Below the pieces are notes generated by a model. The model did not search any database. It worked only from the letters and a program-made list of their open reading frames with translations, and had not been told where the DNA came from. Of a DNA stretch of 64,000 bases, positions 10,104 through 21,484 are shown in pieces (position 1 is the stretch's first letter; every line of letters starts with the position of its first letter). Source of the DNA: a bacterium (GTDB taxonomy: Bacteria; Zhuqueibacterota; Zhuqueibacteria; Oceanimicrobiales; Oceanimicrobiaceae); contig JBHIAC010000005.1 of assembly GCA_046758365.1 (NCBI GenBank), forward strand, positions 1 to 64,000, in the 5' to 3' direction. The position numbers were made by a program, and so were the translations under genes.

Positions 10104-10775
10104 ATGCTAAAACCAAGGAAAAGATTAACGAAAAGACAAATTAAAGAAGATAAGCTTGTAACGTATTATTTTACAGCCAATGAATTTCTAAAGCAAAATT
10201 CGCGCTTAATTGGTACTGGTGTATTCATTTTGATAATTAGTGTATTTGTAATATTTCTTTATGAAAGAAATAAACAAGATAAAGAAAATCAGGCAACTGT
10301 GCAGTTGACAAAGGCTACAGCCGAATATTTTCAAAAGAACTATGAATCTACAGTTAAATTATTAACGAATCTTGAAGAAAATTTAGGCGGGACGAAAAGT
10401 GCCAAAGTAGCGACCTATTATCTTGCAAATTCATATTATCAGTTAAAAAAATATAAAGAAGCCAAAAAGTTTTTTCGCAAATATTTAGAAAGGGGTGGTG
10501 ATGATATTCTCGAAGCCTCTGCTCTTTCTGGAATTGCTGCCTGTTATGAGGAAGAAGGTAACTATGTAGAGGCTGCTAAAACCTATAAAAAAGCAGCAGA
10601 TAAATACAGTGATGGATTTATGGCCCCTCAAAATTTGTACAACGCGGCTCGCTGTTTTGCTTTAGCAGACAACAAAGAAGCTGCTAGTAATTTACTTAGT
10701 AAATTAATTGAAAAGTATTCTAATTCCAATTTAAAAACTCCTGCGGAGATTTTCTTGGCTGAATTATCAATTTAA
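10104..10775 (+). CDS. membrane-anchored TPR protein (YfgM-like)
   Basis: N-terminal LTKRQIKED, single TM, TPR repeats; RBS AAGGAG. Confidence 0.8.
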   Translation: MLKPRKRLTKRQIKEDKLVTYYFTANEFLKQNSRLIGTGVFILIISVFVIFLYERNKQDKENQATVQLTKATAEYFQKNYESTVKLLTNLEENLGGTKSAKVATYYLANSYYQLKKYKEAKKFFRKYLERGGDDILEASALSGIAACYEEEGNYVEAAKTYKKAADKYSDGFMAPQNLYNAARCFALADNKEAASNLLSKLIEKYSNSNLKTPAEIFLAELSI

Positions 10776-10793
10776 AACAAACAAAAAAATTAC

Positions 10794-10822
10794 TTGCAAA
10801 AACTAAATAAAATTACTATATT
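10794..10822 (+). promoter_or_regulatory. putative promoter of the rimP-nusA-infB operon
   Basis: TTGCAA (10794-10799), 17 bp spacer, TATATT (10817-10822). Confidence 0.6.
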
Positions 10823-10830
10823 TAGTGGTT

Positions 10831-10858
10831 AAAAGTGGGTCATACGGCCCACTTTTTT
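10831..10858 (+). promoter_or_regulatory. rimP leader hairpin / attenuator
   Basis: AAAAGTGGGT-catacg-GCCCACTTTTTT stem-loop with U-tract between the promoter and rimP. Confidence 0.7.
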
Positions 10859-10876
10859 ATTGTGAGGAACGAAAAA

Positions 10877-11329
10877 GTGCAAAATCTTGTCCAACAATTA
10901 CGAAAAAGTATTTTGCCAATCCTAGAAAATGATAATATTGAATTAGTGGATTTAGAGGTTAAAGGACAGCCCGGAAATCGGTTAATAAAAGTATTTGTCG
11001 ATGCGCCAGGTGGAATAACATTAAATGCATGTGAATCATTAAGCAGGCAATTTTCAGACAGATGGGAGATAGAAGATATTATTCAGGATAATTATCGACT
11101 TGAAGTTTCCTCACCAGGTATAAATAGGCCTTTAAAAAGTGTTGCTGATTTTTCTAGAAAGATAGGTAAAGAAGTTAAAATCCGTTATGGAAAAAATCTA
11201 GAGGAACAAAGTTTCGAAGGGAAAATTGTTGCCGTATTAAAGGACATGGTTCACATAAAAGGGAAGACCGAAAGTAGAAAAATACCTATCTCAAAAATTA
11301 ATATGGGAAAAATTAAACTTCCCTGGTAA
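10877..11329 (+). CDS. rimP: ribosome maturation factor RimP
   Basis: YRLEVSSPGINRPL motif; upstream of nusA; GTG 10877 with GAGG RBS preferred to track start 10835, which lies in the leader hairpin. Confidence 0.93.
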   Translation: MQNLVQQLRKSILPILENDNIELVDLEVKGQPGNRLIKVFVDAPGGITLNACESLSRQFSDRWEIEDIIQDNYRLEVSSPGINRPLKSVADFSRKIGKEVKIRYGKNLEEQSFEGKIVAVLKDMVHIKGKTESRKIPISKINMGKIKLPW

Positions 11330-11359
11330 AACTAAGCGAATAGGAGGATTACTAGTCAG

Positions 11360-12610
11360 ATGAAAAGCGAAATTGTGGAAGCCTTTTCGCAAATTGCTAA
11401 AGAAAAGAATATTGATAAGTCTCTTCTTGGAGAAATTTTAGAAAGCACAATTTTATCTATTATTAAAAAGAAATACGGCAGCACAGATAACTTTGAAATA
11501 TTTGTAAGTATAGATAAAGGAGAAATTGAAATTTATCAAAATAAGACTATTGTTGAAAAAGTTGAAAATGAGGTTAGTGAAATAGATTTAGAAACCGCAC
11601 GTAAAGTAGCTCCAGACTTAGAAATAGGCGATGAATTTGTTGAAATTGTAAACCCAAAAAGTTTTGGAAGACGATTAATCATTTCTGCTAAGCAAAATCT
11701 TAATCAGAAAATAAAAGATGCTGAAAAGGAGATTATCTTTGAAGAATATCAAAAACGAATCGGTGAAATCATTATTGGGGATGTTCGTCAGATAAATCGG
11801 GATGAAATCTATTTAAATATTGACCGAACCGAAGTGATTTTACCAATAGAGGAAAAAATATATAATGAGCGATATCGCAGGGGCGACCATGTTAGAGCAA
11901 TAATTAAAAGTGTTGAGAGGACAAACCGTGGATTAGGAATAATTGTATCCAGAGCAGATCCAAACTTCCTTATCCGGTTGTTTGAATTGGAAGTGCCTGA
12001 GATTTATGATGGGATAATCGAAATAAAAAGTGTGGCTCGAGAACCGGGAGATCGTGCAAAAATCGCTGTCACATCCAATGAAAAGCGAATAGACGCCTTA
12101 GGAGCTTGTGTGGGAATGAAAGGGATCCGGATTCAGGCGATAAGTAAAGAACTAAACAACGAGAAAATTGACGTCATCAATTGGCACAGTGACCCCGGTA
12201 TTTTTATATCTAGGGCCCTGAGTCCAGCTAAAGTGTATAAGGTTATCGTGGATCAAAATAAAAGGAAGGCCATTGCAGTATTATCAGATGATCAGGTTTC
12301 ACTTGCTATTGGACGTGGGGGGCAAAATAGAAGACTTGCCTCCAGACTTACCAATTTCGAAATTGAAATTATTAAAGAATCTGAATACAGAAAAATTATG
12401 GAAACTGAATTAAGTACGGATCAGAAAATAAAGCTTGAGGAGGTCGATGGCATCACAACCAATCTTTTAAAAAAGTTAAAAGAAGCTGGATTTGAAACCA
12501 CGAAAGATGTTAAAAATGTGGGTCGGAAAGGGCTTTTAAATATTTCAGGAATAGGTGAAAAGACGGCGAAAAAAATTATTGAATTAATCAATAAAAACGG
12601 AGAAAATTAA
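11360..12610 (+). CDS. nusA: transcription termination/antitermination factor NusA
   Basis: FELEVPEIYDG, AREPGDRAKIAV, GACVGMKG, SLAIGRGGQN; C-terminal HhH repeats. Confidence 0.97.
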   Translation: MKSEIVEAFSQIAKEKNIDKSLLGEILESTILSIIKKKYGSTDNFEIFVSIDKGEIEIYQNKTIVEKVENEVSEIDLETARKVAPDLEIGDEFVEIVNPKSFGRRLIISAKQNLNQKIKDAEKEIIFEEYQKRIGEIIIGDVRQINRDEIYLNIDRTEVILPIEEKIYNERYRRGDHVRAIIKSVERTNRGLGIIVSRADPNFLIRLFELEVPEIYDGIIEIKSVAREPGDRAKIAVTSNEKRIDALGACVGMKGIRIQAISKELNNEKIDVINWHSDPGIFISRALSPAKVYKVIVDQNKRKAIAVLSDDQVSLAIGRGGQNRRLASRLTNFEIEIIKESEYRKIMETELSTDQKIKLEEVDGITTNLLKKLKEAGFETTKDVKNVGRKGLLNISGIGEKTAKKIIELINKNGEN

Positions 12611-12611
12611 T

Positions 12612-15254
12612 TTGAGTAGTAGGCGAAGAGTATTTCATATTGCTCGAGAATTAAATATATCCAATGAAGCGGTTTTAAGCTATTTGGGTAAACTTGATGT
12701 TTCTATTCGCAACCAAATGAGTACGGTATCTGATGAACTATATGATGAGATTTGTAAGAAATATAAGAAAGAAACCGTGCCAGTGAATGCTACTCAAGAA
12801 TTTCGTCATCAATTGAAAGAGAAGAAAATATTAGATGAATTGCGTAGAAAAAAAGCCCGGATGGAATTGGAAAAGCGTCTTCGAGTTGCGACTCAATTAG
12901 CTGAAGAACGACCTAAAAAATTGAAAGAAATCCAAGAAAAAGCAATAAAGAAAAAAGAAGAAGAGAAAAAGTTAAAACGTAAGAAAGCGGTAAAACCTGA
13001 AATTAAAGCTAAAGAAGGTTTAGAAAAAGTCGAAGAAGAACCGTCCGTAGTAGAAAGAATTTCTAGAGCGAAAAAAGAAATTGAAAAAAAGAAAAAGTTA
13101 GAAGCCGCTCAGAAGGAAAAAGAAGTAAAGAAACCTACTAAAGAAATTTCTGAAGAAGAAGCAAGAGTTCAGATTGAAGAGAAGGAGGAAAAGGTTGTTG
13201 AGGTACCAGTTGAGGCTGAAGCTGAAGTTGAAGCCCCTGAATTGAAGAAAGCCAAAGAAGCCGAAAGTACTAAAGAAGAAGAAAAGAAAGCGGCCGAACA
13301 GGTTACTGCTGAAACAACCACTAAAGCCCCAAAAGATGAGGTAAAGCCCAAGAAGAAAAAGAAAAAGAAACGTAAGATTAGTGAAGCAGAAATTGAGGAA
13401 TCTATCCGGCAAACCCTAGCAGCCATGGAAGAGGTCAAGCCTAAACGCCATAAAAGAAAAGCAAAAGAGTCTGTCGAAGAATTAGTTGAAGAAAAAAAGA
13501 ACGTGATAAAAGTGAGTGAATTTATATCTGCTGCTGAGTTAGCTGACCTTTTAAACGAGGATCCTAACGAAATAATTAAAAAATGTCTTGAGCTTGGGAT
13601 GATGGTTTCAATTAATCAACGCTTAGACATGGATACCATTGTGGCCGTTGCAGACGAGTTTGGTTACGAGGTAGAAATCATTGAAGAGTATGGCTCCGAC
13701 TTTATAGAAAAAATAACTGATTTAGAAATAGACGAAAATTCCGCTGAACCACGTTCCCCAGTCGTTACTATTATGGGCCATGTTGATCATGGTAAAACTT
13801 CCCTTCTTGATTATATCAGAAAAAGTAATATCATTGCTGGTGAGGCAGGAGGGATCACCCAGCATATTGGAGCGTATGAAGTATCAATTAATGGAAGAGC
13901 TATAACCTTCCTGGATACCCCAGGACACGAAGCTTTTACGGCTATGCGGGCGCGCGGTGCACAAGTAACCGATTTAGTGATTTTAATTGTTGCTGCCGAT
14001 GATGGCGTACAACCTCAAACCATTGAAGCCATCCACCACGCTAAAGCCGCGGGGGTACCAATAGTTGTAGCGATTAATAAAATCGATAAGCCGAATGCAA
14101 ATCCAGAGTTGGTTAAGAATCAGCTTTCTGAAAATGGCATCTTAGTTGAAAGCTGGGGTGGAAAATATCAGTCAGTTGAAATTTCTGCGAAAGCCGGGAC
14201 AGGAGTTGGTAAGCTTTTAGAAATGATTCTATTAGAAGCAGATATTCTTGAGTTGAAAGCAAATCCAAATCGAATGGCCCGCGGCACCATAATTGAATCA
14301 AAATTAGATAAAGGGAAAGGCCCAATTGCTACTGTGTTAGTACGGAATGGAACATTAAAAATCGGTGATTTCTTTATAGCAGGCCAATTCAGTGGCAAAG
14401 TACGAGCAATGTATAATGAACGAAACCGTAAAGTTGATTCGGCCCCACCTTCTACTCCAGTGCAAGTTGTTGGTTTTGATGGGGTTCCCCAAGCAGGGGA
14501 CAACTTTGTTGTCATGGAAACAGAAAAAGAAATTCGCGAAATAAGTACGAAACGGCAACAGTTAAAAAGGGAGCAAGATTTTCGAAGAACCCACCATATT
14601 ACTCTTGATCAGATTGCTCAACAAATACGATATGGTGAAGTTAAGGAACTCAATTTAATCGTTAAAGCTGATGTAGATGGCTCAGTAGAAGCATTGAGTG
14701 ACGCTCTCATGAAACTTTCTAATGAGGAAGTATCAGTAAATGTAATTCATAAAGCGGTAGGTGGCATTTCTGAATCTGATGTCCTTTTGGCCTCTGCCTC
14801 ACAAGCTATAATCCTTGGTTTTCAAATTCGACCAACACTGCAGGCTCGAGAGTTAGCTGTAAAGGAAGATGTCGATATTCGGTTGTACCGGGTAATTTAT
14901 GATGCCGTGGAAGATGTAACATCTGCTCTTGAAGGTTTACTCGAACCCGAAATTACTGAAGAAATAACCTCCACCATTGAAGTTAGACAGACGTTTAGAA
15001 TTCCGAAAGTTGGTGTAGTAGCTGGCTGCTATGTGCTTTCTGGGAAAGTAAACCGTAATGATTTAGCAAAAGTGTATCGAGAAGACAGGTTGATTTATGA
15101 AACCAAAATTCATTCGTTAAAGCGCTTTAAAGATGATATTCGAGAAGTTGCACCTGGGTTTGAATGTGGTATTGGTTTAGAAGGATTTGATGATATTAAA
15201 ATCGGTGATGTAATTGAAACCTACAAGCAAGTAAAAACACGTAGGAAACTTTAA
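12612..15254 (+). CDS. infB: translation initiation factor IF-2
   Basis: [34 protein letters not shown]; charged N-terminal region; TTG start. Confidence 0.97.
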   Translation: MSSRRRVFHIARELNISNEAVLSYLGKLDVSIRNQMSTVSDELYDEICKKYKKETVPVNATQEFRHQLKEKKILDELRRKKARMELEKRLRVATQLAEERPKKLKEIQEKAIKKKEEEKKLKRKKAVKPEIKAKEGLEKVEEEPSVVERISRAKKEIEKKKKLEAAQKEKEVKKPTKEISEEEARVQIEEKEEKVVEVPVEAEAEVEAPELKKAKEAESTKEEEKKAAEQVTAETTTKAPKDEVKPKKKKKKKRKISEAEIEESIRQTLAAMEEVKPKRHKRKAKESVEELVEEKKNVIKVSEFISAAELADLLNEDPNEIIKKCLELGMMVSINQRLDMDTIVAVADEFGYEVEIIEEYGSDFIEKITDLEIDENSAEPRSPVVTIMGHVDHGKTSLLDYIRKSNIIAGEAGGITQHIGAYEVSINGRAITFLDTPGHEAFTAMRARGAQVTDLVILIVAADDGVQPQTIEAIHHAKAAGVPIVVAINKIDKPNANPELVKNQLSENGILVESWGGKYQSVEISAKAGTGVGKLLEMILLEADILELKANPNRMARGTIIESKLDKGKGPIATVLVRNGTLKIGDFFIAGQFSGKVRAMYNERNRKVDSAPPSTPVQVVGFDGVPQAGDNFVVMETEKEIREISTKRQQLKREQDFRRTHHITLDQIAQQIRYGEVKELNLIVKADVDGSVEALSDALMKLSNEEVSVNVIHKAVGGISESDVLLASASQAIILGFQIRPTLQARELAVKEDVDIRLYRVIYDAVEDVTSALEGLLEPEITEEITSTIEVRQTFRIPKVGVVAGCYVLSGKVNRNDLAKVYREDRLIYETKIHSLKRFKDDIREVAPGFECGIGLEGFDDIKIGDVIETYKQVKTRRKL

Positions 15255-15395
15255 TTTTTGATTTACAAATTAAATATCACGGCACGCCGAAGTTCACCTC
15301 AGAATACCACTTGAAATGTAAATTATTTAAAAAGTTTGCATTTTCTAAAATCTAGAGAAATAAACAACGAATTTAAAACATAATTGCTAACCAAT

Positions 15396-15677
15396 ATGCT
15401 AGTTGGGGTTTGCAGAATAGAGTTATTTGTGCCGGACAGTAGTTCGTTAAAATCCAAACGGTTTGTACTGAATAGTATCAAAAAACGGATTAGAAATAAA
15501 TTTAATGTTTCGGTCTCTGAAATTGGAAATAATGATAAATGGCAGAGAATCACTCTGGGAATTTCGACAATATCTAATGAACGTAGGTTTATTGATATGA
15601 CCATGAGTGAAATTCTCAAGGTTATCGATGACGATGTTAGAATGGAAATAGTAAATCATTCAGTAGAAGTTTATTAA
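15396..15677 (+). CDS. DUF503 (YlxP-like) protein
   Basis: SLKSKR...IRNKFNVSVSE..ND.WQR motif; sits between infB and rbfA; ATG 15396. Confidence 0.9.
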   Translation: MLVGVCRIELFVPDSSSLKSKRFVLNSIKKRIRNKFNVSVSEIGNNDKWQRITLGISTISNERRFIDMTMSEILKVIDDDVRMEIVNHSVEVY

Positions 15678-15681
15678 AACC

Positions 15682-16056
15682 ATGAAAGAATTTAAACGCT
15701 CACGCCGTGTTGCTGAACTTTTAAGAGAAGAAATCAGTCAAATTATTACTCAGGAATTAAAAGACCCTCTTATTGGAATAACAACAGTAACCGCAATAAA
15801 GTTAACCGATGATCTAAAATCTGCCAGAGTTTATGTAAGTATTTTGGGAGATGCAGAGACGAAAGAAAAAGGTCTCCGTGGTTTAGAGCGAGCCAAAAGT
15901 TGGATTCGTTCAGAATTAGGACACCGAATGGATTTGAAGTATATTCCTATAATAAAATTTTGTTACGATGAAACAGTCGATTATGCTCAAAATATTGAAT
16001 CCATTATAAAAAAAATTCATCAAGAGGATGAAAGCTCTGAATCCATCGAATCTTAA
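15682..16056 (+). CDS. rbfA: 30S ribosome-binding factor RbfA
   Basis: RRVAELLREEIS, DLKSARVYVS, LKYIP.IKF.YD. Confidence 0.95.
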   Translation: MKEFKRSRRVAELLREEISQIITQELKDPLIGITTVTAIKLTDDLKSARVYVSILGDAETKEKGLRGLERAKSWIRSELGHRMDLKYIPIIKFCYDETVDYAQNIESIIKKIHQEDESSESIES

Positions 16057-16735
16057 AGATTTTGTCCCATATAATTTTGAAAGAGGCGAAATACTCAATG
16101 TCAACAAACCTGAAGGGTGGACTTCTTTTGATATAGTTAAGAAAATACGCAATATCATAAAAATTAAAAAGGTAGGGCATGCCGGGACATTAGATCCTTT
16201 TGCTGTCGGGGTCTTATTGATTTGTACGGGTAGAGCCACAAAAAAGGTTGCAGAACTCATGAAACTAGAAAAAGAATATCTTGCTATCATTGAACTTGGT
16301 AAAGTCACCGACACGTATGACAGAACAGGTCTTGTAATAAAAAATACTACTCCTACAAAATTTAAATTATGTGATCTTAAGAGAGTTTGCAATAGTTTTG
16401 TTGGTGAATTTTATCAAACACCGCCTATGTATTCTGCAGTAAAAGTAAATGGGCAACGTTTATATAATTTGGCTCGCCGTGGTGAGGTAATAGAAAGAAA
16501 ACCACGAAAAGTAAAAATATTAAATATAGAAATTTTAAATTACCAAAACCCATGTATTACCCTAAAGGTTGTCTGTTCAAGAGGAACTTATATTCGGACC
16601 TTAGCTAATGACATTGGTGAAATTTTAGACTGTGGTGCCTGTTTAAAAGAATTAACACGTACTCGCATCGGTTCTTACAAGATTGAAAACGCATATTCCA
16701 TAGCAAACTTCGAACGTTTAGTGAAAAGTTGTTAA
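16028..16735 (+). CDS. truB: tRNA pseudouridine(55) synthase TruB
   Basis: KVGHAGTLDPFAVGVL, PPMYSAVKVNG, CSRGTYIRTLA. Confidence 0.96.
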   Translation: MKALNPSNLKDFVPYNFERGEILNVNKPEGWTSFDIVKKIRNIIKIKKVGHAGTLDPFAVGVLLICTGRATKKVAELMKLEKEYLAIIELGKVTDTYDRTGLVIKNTTPTKFKLCDLKRVCNSFVGEFYQTPPMYSAVKVNGQRLYNLARRGEVIERKPRKVKILNIEILNYQNPCITLKVVCSRGTYIRTLANDIGEILDCGACLKELTRTRIGSYKIENAYSIANFERLVKSC

Positions 16736-16746
16736 GTTTTACATAT

Positions 16747-17691
16747 ATGGAAATATATTGGGATATCAATCGTGTAAAAAAATACAAAAATTCCGTTTTA
16801 ACGGTAGGTACTTTTGATGGTGTTCATTTGGGTCATCAATTTATTTTTGAGGAGTTAAATAAGAGAGCTGTTAAGCTTGATGCGCAAACGACTTTGGTGA
16901 CATTTAAACCGCATCCTCAGCTTGTTCTTAAATCGTTAAATAAACCAAAGATACGAATATTAACTACCATTGAAGAAAAAATTGATATTCTCAAATCATT
17001 AAACATCAATCGAGTCGTAGTGATTCAATTTACAAAGGAATTTTCAAAAACTTCTTCTTATGATTTTGTACATAAATATTTATACCAAACGATTGGTTTT
17101 AATGAAATTGTAATTGGTCACGATCATGCCTTTGGTAAAAATCGGGAAGGAGATATTAAAACGCTAAGAACTTTGGGCTCTGAATTAGGATTTAACGTGG
17201 ACGAACTACCAACCTTTAAAGTAGATAACATAGTTGTGAGTAGTACAAAAATTAGAAACTTACTCCAAGAAGGAAAAGTTAGCCATGCCAGTAAACTTTT
17301 AGGTCGCAATTATTTTTTTAGTGGGAAGGTTGTAAAAGGGGATGGGCGCGGAAAAAGCTTTAATTTCCCGACCGCTAACATCAAACCTGCCTCAGAAGAT
17401 AAATTAATTCCTCAAGATGGGGTTTATGCTGTCTACACAAATTTTGCCGGCCACAAATATCAAGGAATGATGAATATTGGTCTAAGACCTACTTTTGGCT
17501 CTCTCAAGCATACCATTGAATTACATATCTTTGACTTTAATAAAAATATTTATGGTGAAGAATTAATAATTGAGTTCGTTGATAAAATTAGAAATGAAAT
17601 TCATTTTTCAAATTCTGATGAGTTAGTTGAACAGTTAGAATATGATAAAGAAAAAAGTTTACAGTTACTACAAAATGATATTGGGAGGTAA
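16747..17691 (+). CDS. ribF: bifunctional riboflavin kinase/FAD synthetase
   Basis: [32 protein letters not shown] 16747. Confidence 0.96.
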   Translation: MEIYWDINRVKKYKNSVLTVGTFDGVHLGHQFIFEELNKRAVKLDAQTTLVTFKPHPQLVLKSLNKPKIRILTTIEEKIDILKSLNINRVVVIQFTKEFSKTSSYDFVHKYLYQTIGFNEIVIGHDHAFGKNREGDIKTLRTLGSELGFNVDELPTFKVDNIVVSSTKIRNLLQEGKVSHASKLLGRNYFFSGKVVKGDGRGKSFNFPTANIKPASEDKLIPQDGVYAVYTNFAGHKYQGMMNIGLRPTFGSLKHTIELHIFDFNKNIYGEELIIEFVDKIRNEIHFSNSDELVEQLEYDKEKSLQLLQNDIGR

Positions 17692-17692
17692 G

Positions 17693-17962
17693 ATGCCATT
17701 AACAAAAGAACAGAAATTAGAAATTATAAAAAAATATGGTAATAACGAACAAAATTCAGGAAAAACCGAAGTTCAAATTGCTATGATTACCAAAAGAATT
17801 AATGAACTAACGCCGCACTTTGACCATCATAAAAAGGACCATCATTCCAGAAGAGGTTTATTAAAATTGGTGGGCAAAAGAAGGCGATTACTCGATTATC
17901 TAGCCCAAAAAGATATAACACGATACAGGAAAATTATTGAAGAACTAGGCATCAGAAGATAG
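17693..17962 (+). CDS. rpsO: 30S ribosomal protein S15
   Basis: [34 protein letters not shown] 17693 after GGGAGG. Confidence 0.97.
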   Translation: MPLTKEQKLEIIKKYGNNEQNSGKTEVQIAMITKRINELTPHFDHHKKDHHSRRGLLKLVGKRRRLLDYLAQKDITRYRKIIEELGIRR

Positions 17963-18046
17963 CCTCGTTGAATCTGAGATTTCTTCTAACATGAAATATG
18001 ATGACAAGCATAAAAATAACGATAACGATAAGGAGTAAAATCAATT

Positions 18047-20137
18047 ATGGTTTTTAAAGAAGAAGTTGAAATTGTTGGAAAAACTTATTCCATTGAAACA
18101 GGTAGAGTTGCCAACCAATCAGATGGTGCTGTTTTGATCAGATTAGGTGGCACTATTGTTTTGGCTACGGCTGTTGGAGCTTCCGAACCCTCGGAAGGTT
18201 TAGACTTTTTCCCTCTAACAGTAGAATATCGGGAAAAGGCTTATGCGGCAGGTAAAATTCCTGGAGGTTTTTTTAAAAGAGAGGGAAGGCCGAGTGAAAA
18301 TGAAATTCTCGGCGCTCGACTCATCGATCGGTCTATTAGACCATTATTTCCCAAAGGATTTATTAATGAAATTCAAATCATGGTTTATGTTTTGTCTGCG
18401 GACAAAGAAAATGATTCAGATATTTTGGGAATCACCGGAGCCTCAGCCGCGCTTTGTATATCCGATATTCCTTTTTCAGAGCCAGTTGCAGGAGTAAGAG
18501 TTGGACTCATTCAAGGTAATTACGTATTAAATCCTACATTTAATGAATTAGAAAATAGTGATTTAGATTTGGTCATCGCGGCCAATAAGGATTCTATTGT
18601 CATGGTTGAGGGGGAAGCTAATGAAATAAGCGAAACAGACCTGCTTCAGGCCCTACAATTTGGTCACGAAAAAATTCGTGAACTCATAATTTTACAAGAA
18701 AATTTAATCACAAAGGCTGGTAAACCAAAAAGGGAATTTGTTCCTAAAGAAATACCAGAAGATTCTATTCAACAAATTAAGGATTTGGTCAATCCACATA
18801 TCAATGACATCCTGTTTAATTCAGATAAAAAAGAAAGTAAAATTATTCTAAATCAGTTAATAAATAATACTGAGGAAAAATTTACAGAAGAGGTCCCAGA
18901 CCCTATTCAGAATATTGCTGAAATAATTTATGACATTGAGAAAGAACAGGTACGCAAATCAATTGTAACAGAAGGCAAACGTATCGATGGCCGAGGTGTT
19001 GATGATATTAGACCCATTACTTGTGAAGTAGGATTACTTCCAAGAGCACATGGATCGGCCCTATTTACTCGTGGGCAAACTCAAGCACTTGCGGCTACTA
19101 CTCTGGGCACAAAGATGGATGAGCAGAAAATGGAAGAACTCGAAGGTGAATTTTGGAAAAGTTATATGCTGCATTATAATTTTCCTCCCTTCAGTGTTGG
19201 AGAAATTCGACCTATACGCGGAGTAAGCCGTCGTGAAATTGGGCATGGTAATTTAGCTGAACGAGCCATTAAACCCGCAATTCCTTCTGATGACGTTTTT
19301 CCTTATACTATTCGAATAGTATCTGATATTTTAGAGTCAAATGGTTCCTCTTCCATGGCAACTATTTGTGCTGGTTCCTTATCTCTCATGGATGCTGGGG
19401 TTCCACTCAAGACACCTATTGCTGGCGTGGCCATGGGATTAATCAAAGAGGATGATAAATTTATTATTCTAACCGACATTTTAGGTGATGAAGATTATTT
19501 CGGAGATATGGATTTTAAAGTTGCTGGTTCTTGTAACGGCATTACAGGTTTTCAGATGGATATAAAAATCAAAGGTATTCCTACAAAAGTATTGGGAGAA
19601 GCTTTAGAAAAAGCCAAAGTTGCTCGCTTAAAAATATTAGATATTATGAATACAACACTAGATAAACCAAGAAAAGAGATTTCTCCTTATGCTCCACGAA
19701 TTATAACATTTAAAGTGGCTATTGAGCATATTGGCGTTATCATCGGACCCGGCGGAAAAACGATAAGAGATATCAGTGAGAAATCAGGAGCCACCATAAA
19801 TATTGAAGACGATGGTACCGTAATTATTGCATCCCCTGAAGCAGAAAGAGGTTTAAAGGCTCAAGAAATGATTCAACATCTTATTCAAGAACCTGAAGCT
19901 GGACAGACATATTTAGGTAAGGTAAAAAAAATTACCAACTTTGGAGCATTTGTTGAGATCTTGCCTGGTAAAGAGGGACTTCTCCATATTTCTGAAATCG
20001 CTCACCATAGAATTAATAAGGTTGAGGATTTTCTTAAAGTTGGAGATGAAATTGAAGTTAAGTTACTAAAAATTAATGCTCATGGTAAATTAGATCTTAG
20101 CAGAAAGGCACTTTTAGATAAAAATAATTTTAAATAA
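18047..20137 (+). CDS. pnp: polyribonucleotide nucleotidyltransferase
   Basis: FFPLTVEYRE, GKIPGGFFKREG, RREIGHG, ESNGSSSMA, GDMDFKVAG; KH and S1 domains. Confidence 0.97.
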   Translation: MVFKEEVEIVGKTYSIETGRVANQSDGAVLIRLGGTIVLATAVGASEPSEGLDFFPLTVEYREKAYAAGKIPGGFFKREGRPSENEILGARLIDRSIRPLFPKGFINEIQIMVYVLSADKENDSDILGITGASAALCISDIPFSEPVAGVRVGLIQGNYVLNPTFNELENSDLDLVIAANKDSIVMVEGEANEISETDLLQALQFGHEKIRELIILQENLITKAGKPKREFVPKEIPEDSIQQIKDLVNPHINDILFNSDKKESKIILNQLINNTEEKFTEEVPDPIQNIAEIIYDIEKEQVRKSIVTEGKRIDGRGVDDIRPITCEVGLLPRAHGSALFTRGQTQALAATTLGTKMDEQKMEELEGEFWKSYMLHYNFPPFSVGEIRPIRGVSRREIGHGNLAERAIKPAIPSDDVFPYTIRIVSDILESNGSSSMATICAGSLSLMDAGVPLKTPIAGVAMGLIKEDDKFIILTDILGDEDYFGDMDFKVAGSCNGITGFQMDIKIKGIPTKVLGEALEKAKVARLKILDIMNTTLDKPRKEISPYAPRIITFKVAIEHIGVIIGPGGKTIRDISEKSGATINIEDDGTVIIASPEAERGLKAQEMIQHLIQEPEAGQTYLGKVKKITNFGAFVEILPGKEGLLHISEIAHHRINKVEDFLKVGDEIEVKLLKINAHGKLDLSRKALLDKNNFK

Positions 20138-20197
20138 AATAATCATTTTAGAAATAACTTTAATAAATCTATTAGGATATTTGGCTGAATATTAACG

Positions 20198-21484
20198 ATG
20201 AAACTGATTGATTCTGAATATAAAAAAACCGAATTGGATAATGGTATTCGGATAATAACAGAAAGAATTCCTTATGTTAGGTCTATTTCAATTGGGACTT
20301 GGATTACAGTCGGTTCAAGGGACGAGACAGTTTCGAATAACGGAATATCTCATTATATTGAACATATGATGTTCAAAGGAACTGAAACACGAAAAGCTTA
20401 TGAAATTGCAGCAAGCTTGGAATCAGTAGGAGGCCAATTAAATGCTTTTACTAGTAAAGAATTAACTTGCTACTATGCTCATATATTAGATGAACATCTT
20501 CCAATTGCAGTGGCGGTAATTGCAGACATCCTGAACAACTCCGTATTTGATGAAACTGAAATGAAAAAAGAAAAGCAAGTTATTTTAGAAGAAATTAATA
20601 ATTTAGAAGAAACTCCAGAGGAAATGATACATGAGTTATTCTTAGGCGACTTGTTTCCTAATCATCCATTAGGTTTTTCAACAATAGGGACTCGAGATAA
20701 TGTTTTAAAGTTTGAAAGGCAAACGATATTAAATTATATAACAGAAAATTACACGACCGACAGAACAGTAATTGCGGCGGCTGGTAATGTAAACCATTCT
20801 CATTTAGTTAAATTAGTTGAAGAGAATTTTGAAAATTTACAAAATTCAGGCAGCCGAAAATATCTACCACCATCTAAACCCTTCCAAGGGAAAAGGATTA
20901 TCGAAAACGGAGGTATTCAAGCCCACGTGTGTCTTGGGACTCAATCTTACTCATATCAAAATCCCAAAAAATTTGGTCTTTTGGTTTTAAATACTTTGTT
21001 AGGTTCTGGGATGAGCTCTCGTCTTTTTCAAAATATTAGAGAAAAATATGGACTTGCTTATTCAATATATTCGTTTATAGATTTTTTACAAGACACCGGA
21101 CTTTTTGGGGTTTATATTGGCACTGACAAGGACAAAATTAATGAATCTCTTGAATTAATTAACCATGAACTTCAACTTTTAAAAAATAAAACCGTTTCTG
21201 AAAAAGAACTTCATTTGACTAAGTCCCAACTTAAAGGAAATTTGATGTTGGGATTAGAAAGTACTGCAAGCCGTATGAATCGTTTAGCAAAGATGGAAAT
21301 ATATTTACAAAAGTATTTTACATTAGATGACACATTAAATGAAATAGAAAATGTAACTTCAGAAGAAATTGTTAAAATTGCTAATGAATTATTCGATCAA
21401 GGACGAATCTTCACGACAATACTCAAACCAAAGTCACAAGTTACTATACCAGAGGGAGGTACACATGAAAGTCGGAGTACCTAA
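20198..21484 (+). CDS. M16 family zinc peptidase
   Basis: HYIEHMMFKGT (HXXEH), NAFTSKE, GMSSRLFQNIREKYGLAYS; usual position after pnp. Confidence 0.93.
   Translation: MKLIDSEYKKTELDNGIRIITERIPYVRSISIGTWITVGSRDETVSNNGISHYIEHMMFKGTETRKAYEIAASLESVGGQLNAFTSKELTCYYAHILDEHLPIAVAVIADILNNSVFDETEMKKEKQVILEEINNLEETPEEMIHELFLGDLFPNHPLGFSTIGTRDNVLKFERQTILNYITENYTTDRTVIAAAGNVNHSHLVKLVEENFENLQNSGSRKYLPPSKPFQGKRIIENGGIQAHVCLGTQSYSYQNPKKFGLLVLNTLLGSGMSSRLFQNIREKYGLAYSIYSFIDFLQDTGLFGVYIGTDKDKINESLELINHELQLLKNKTVSEKELHLTKSQLKGNLMLGLESTASRMNRLAKMEIYLQKYFTLDDTLNEIENVTSEEIVKIANELFDQGRIFTTILKPKSQVTIPEGGTHESRST

Noticed and set aside
12895..13500. Lys/Glu-rich low-complexity DNA and antisense ORFs (13098-13412, 13169-13438)
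   Set aside because: Normal charged N-terminal region of IF-2; the antisense ORFs are shadows.
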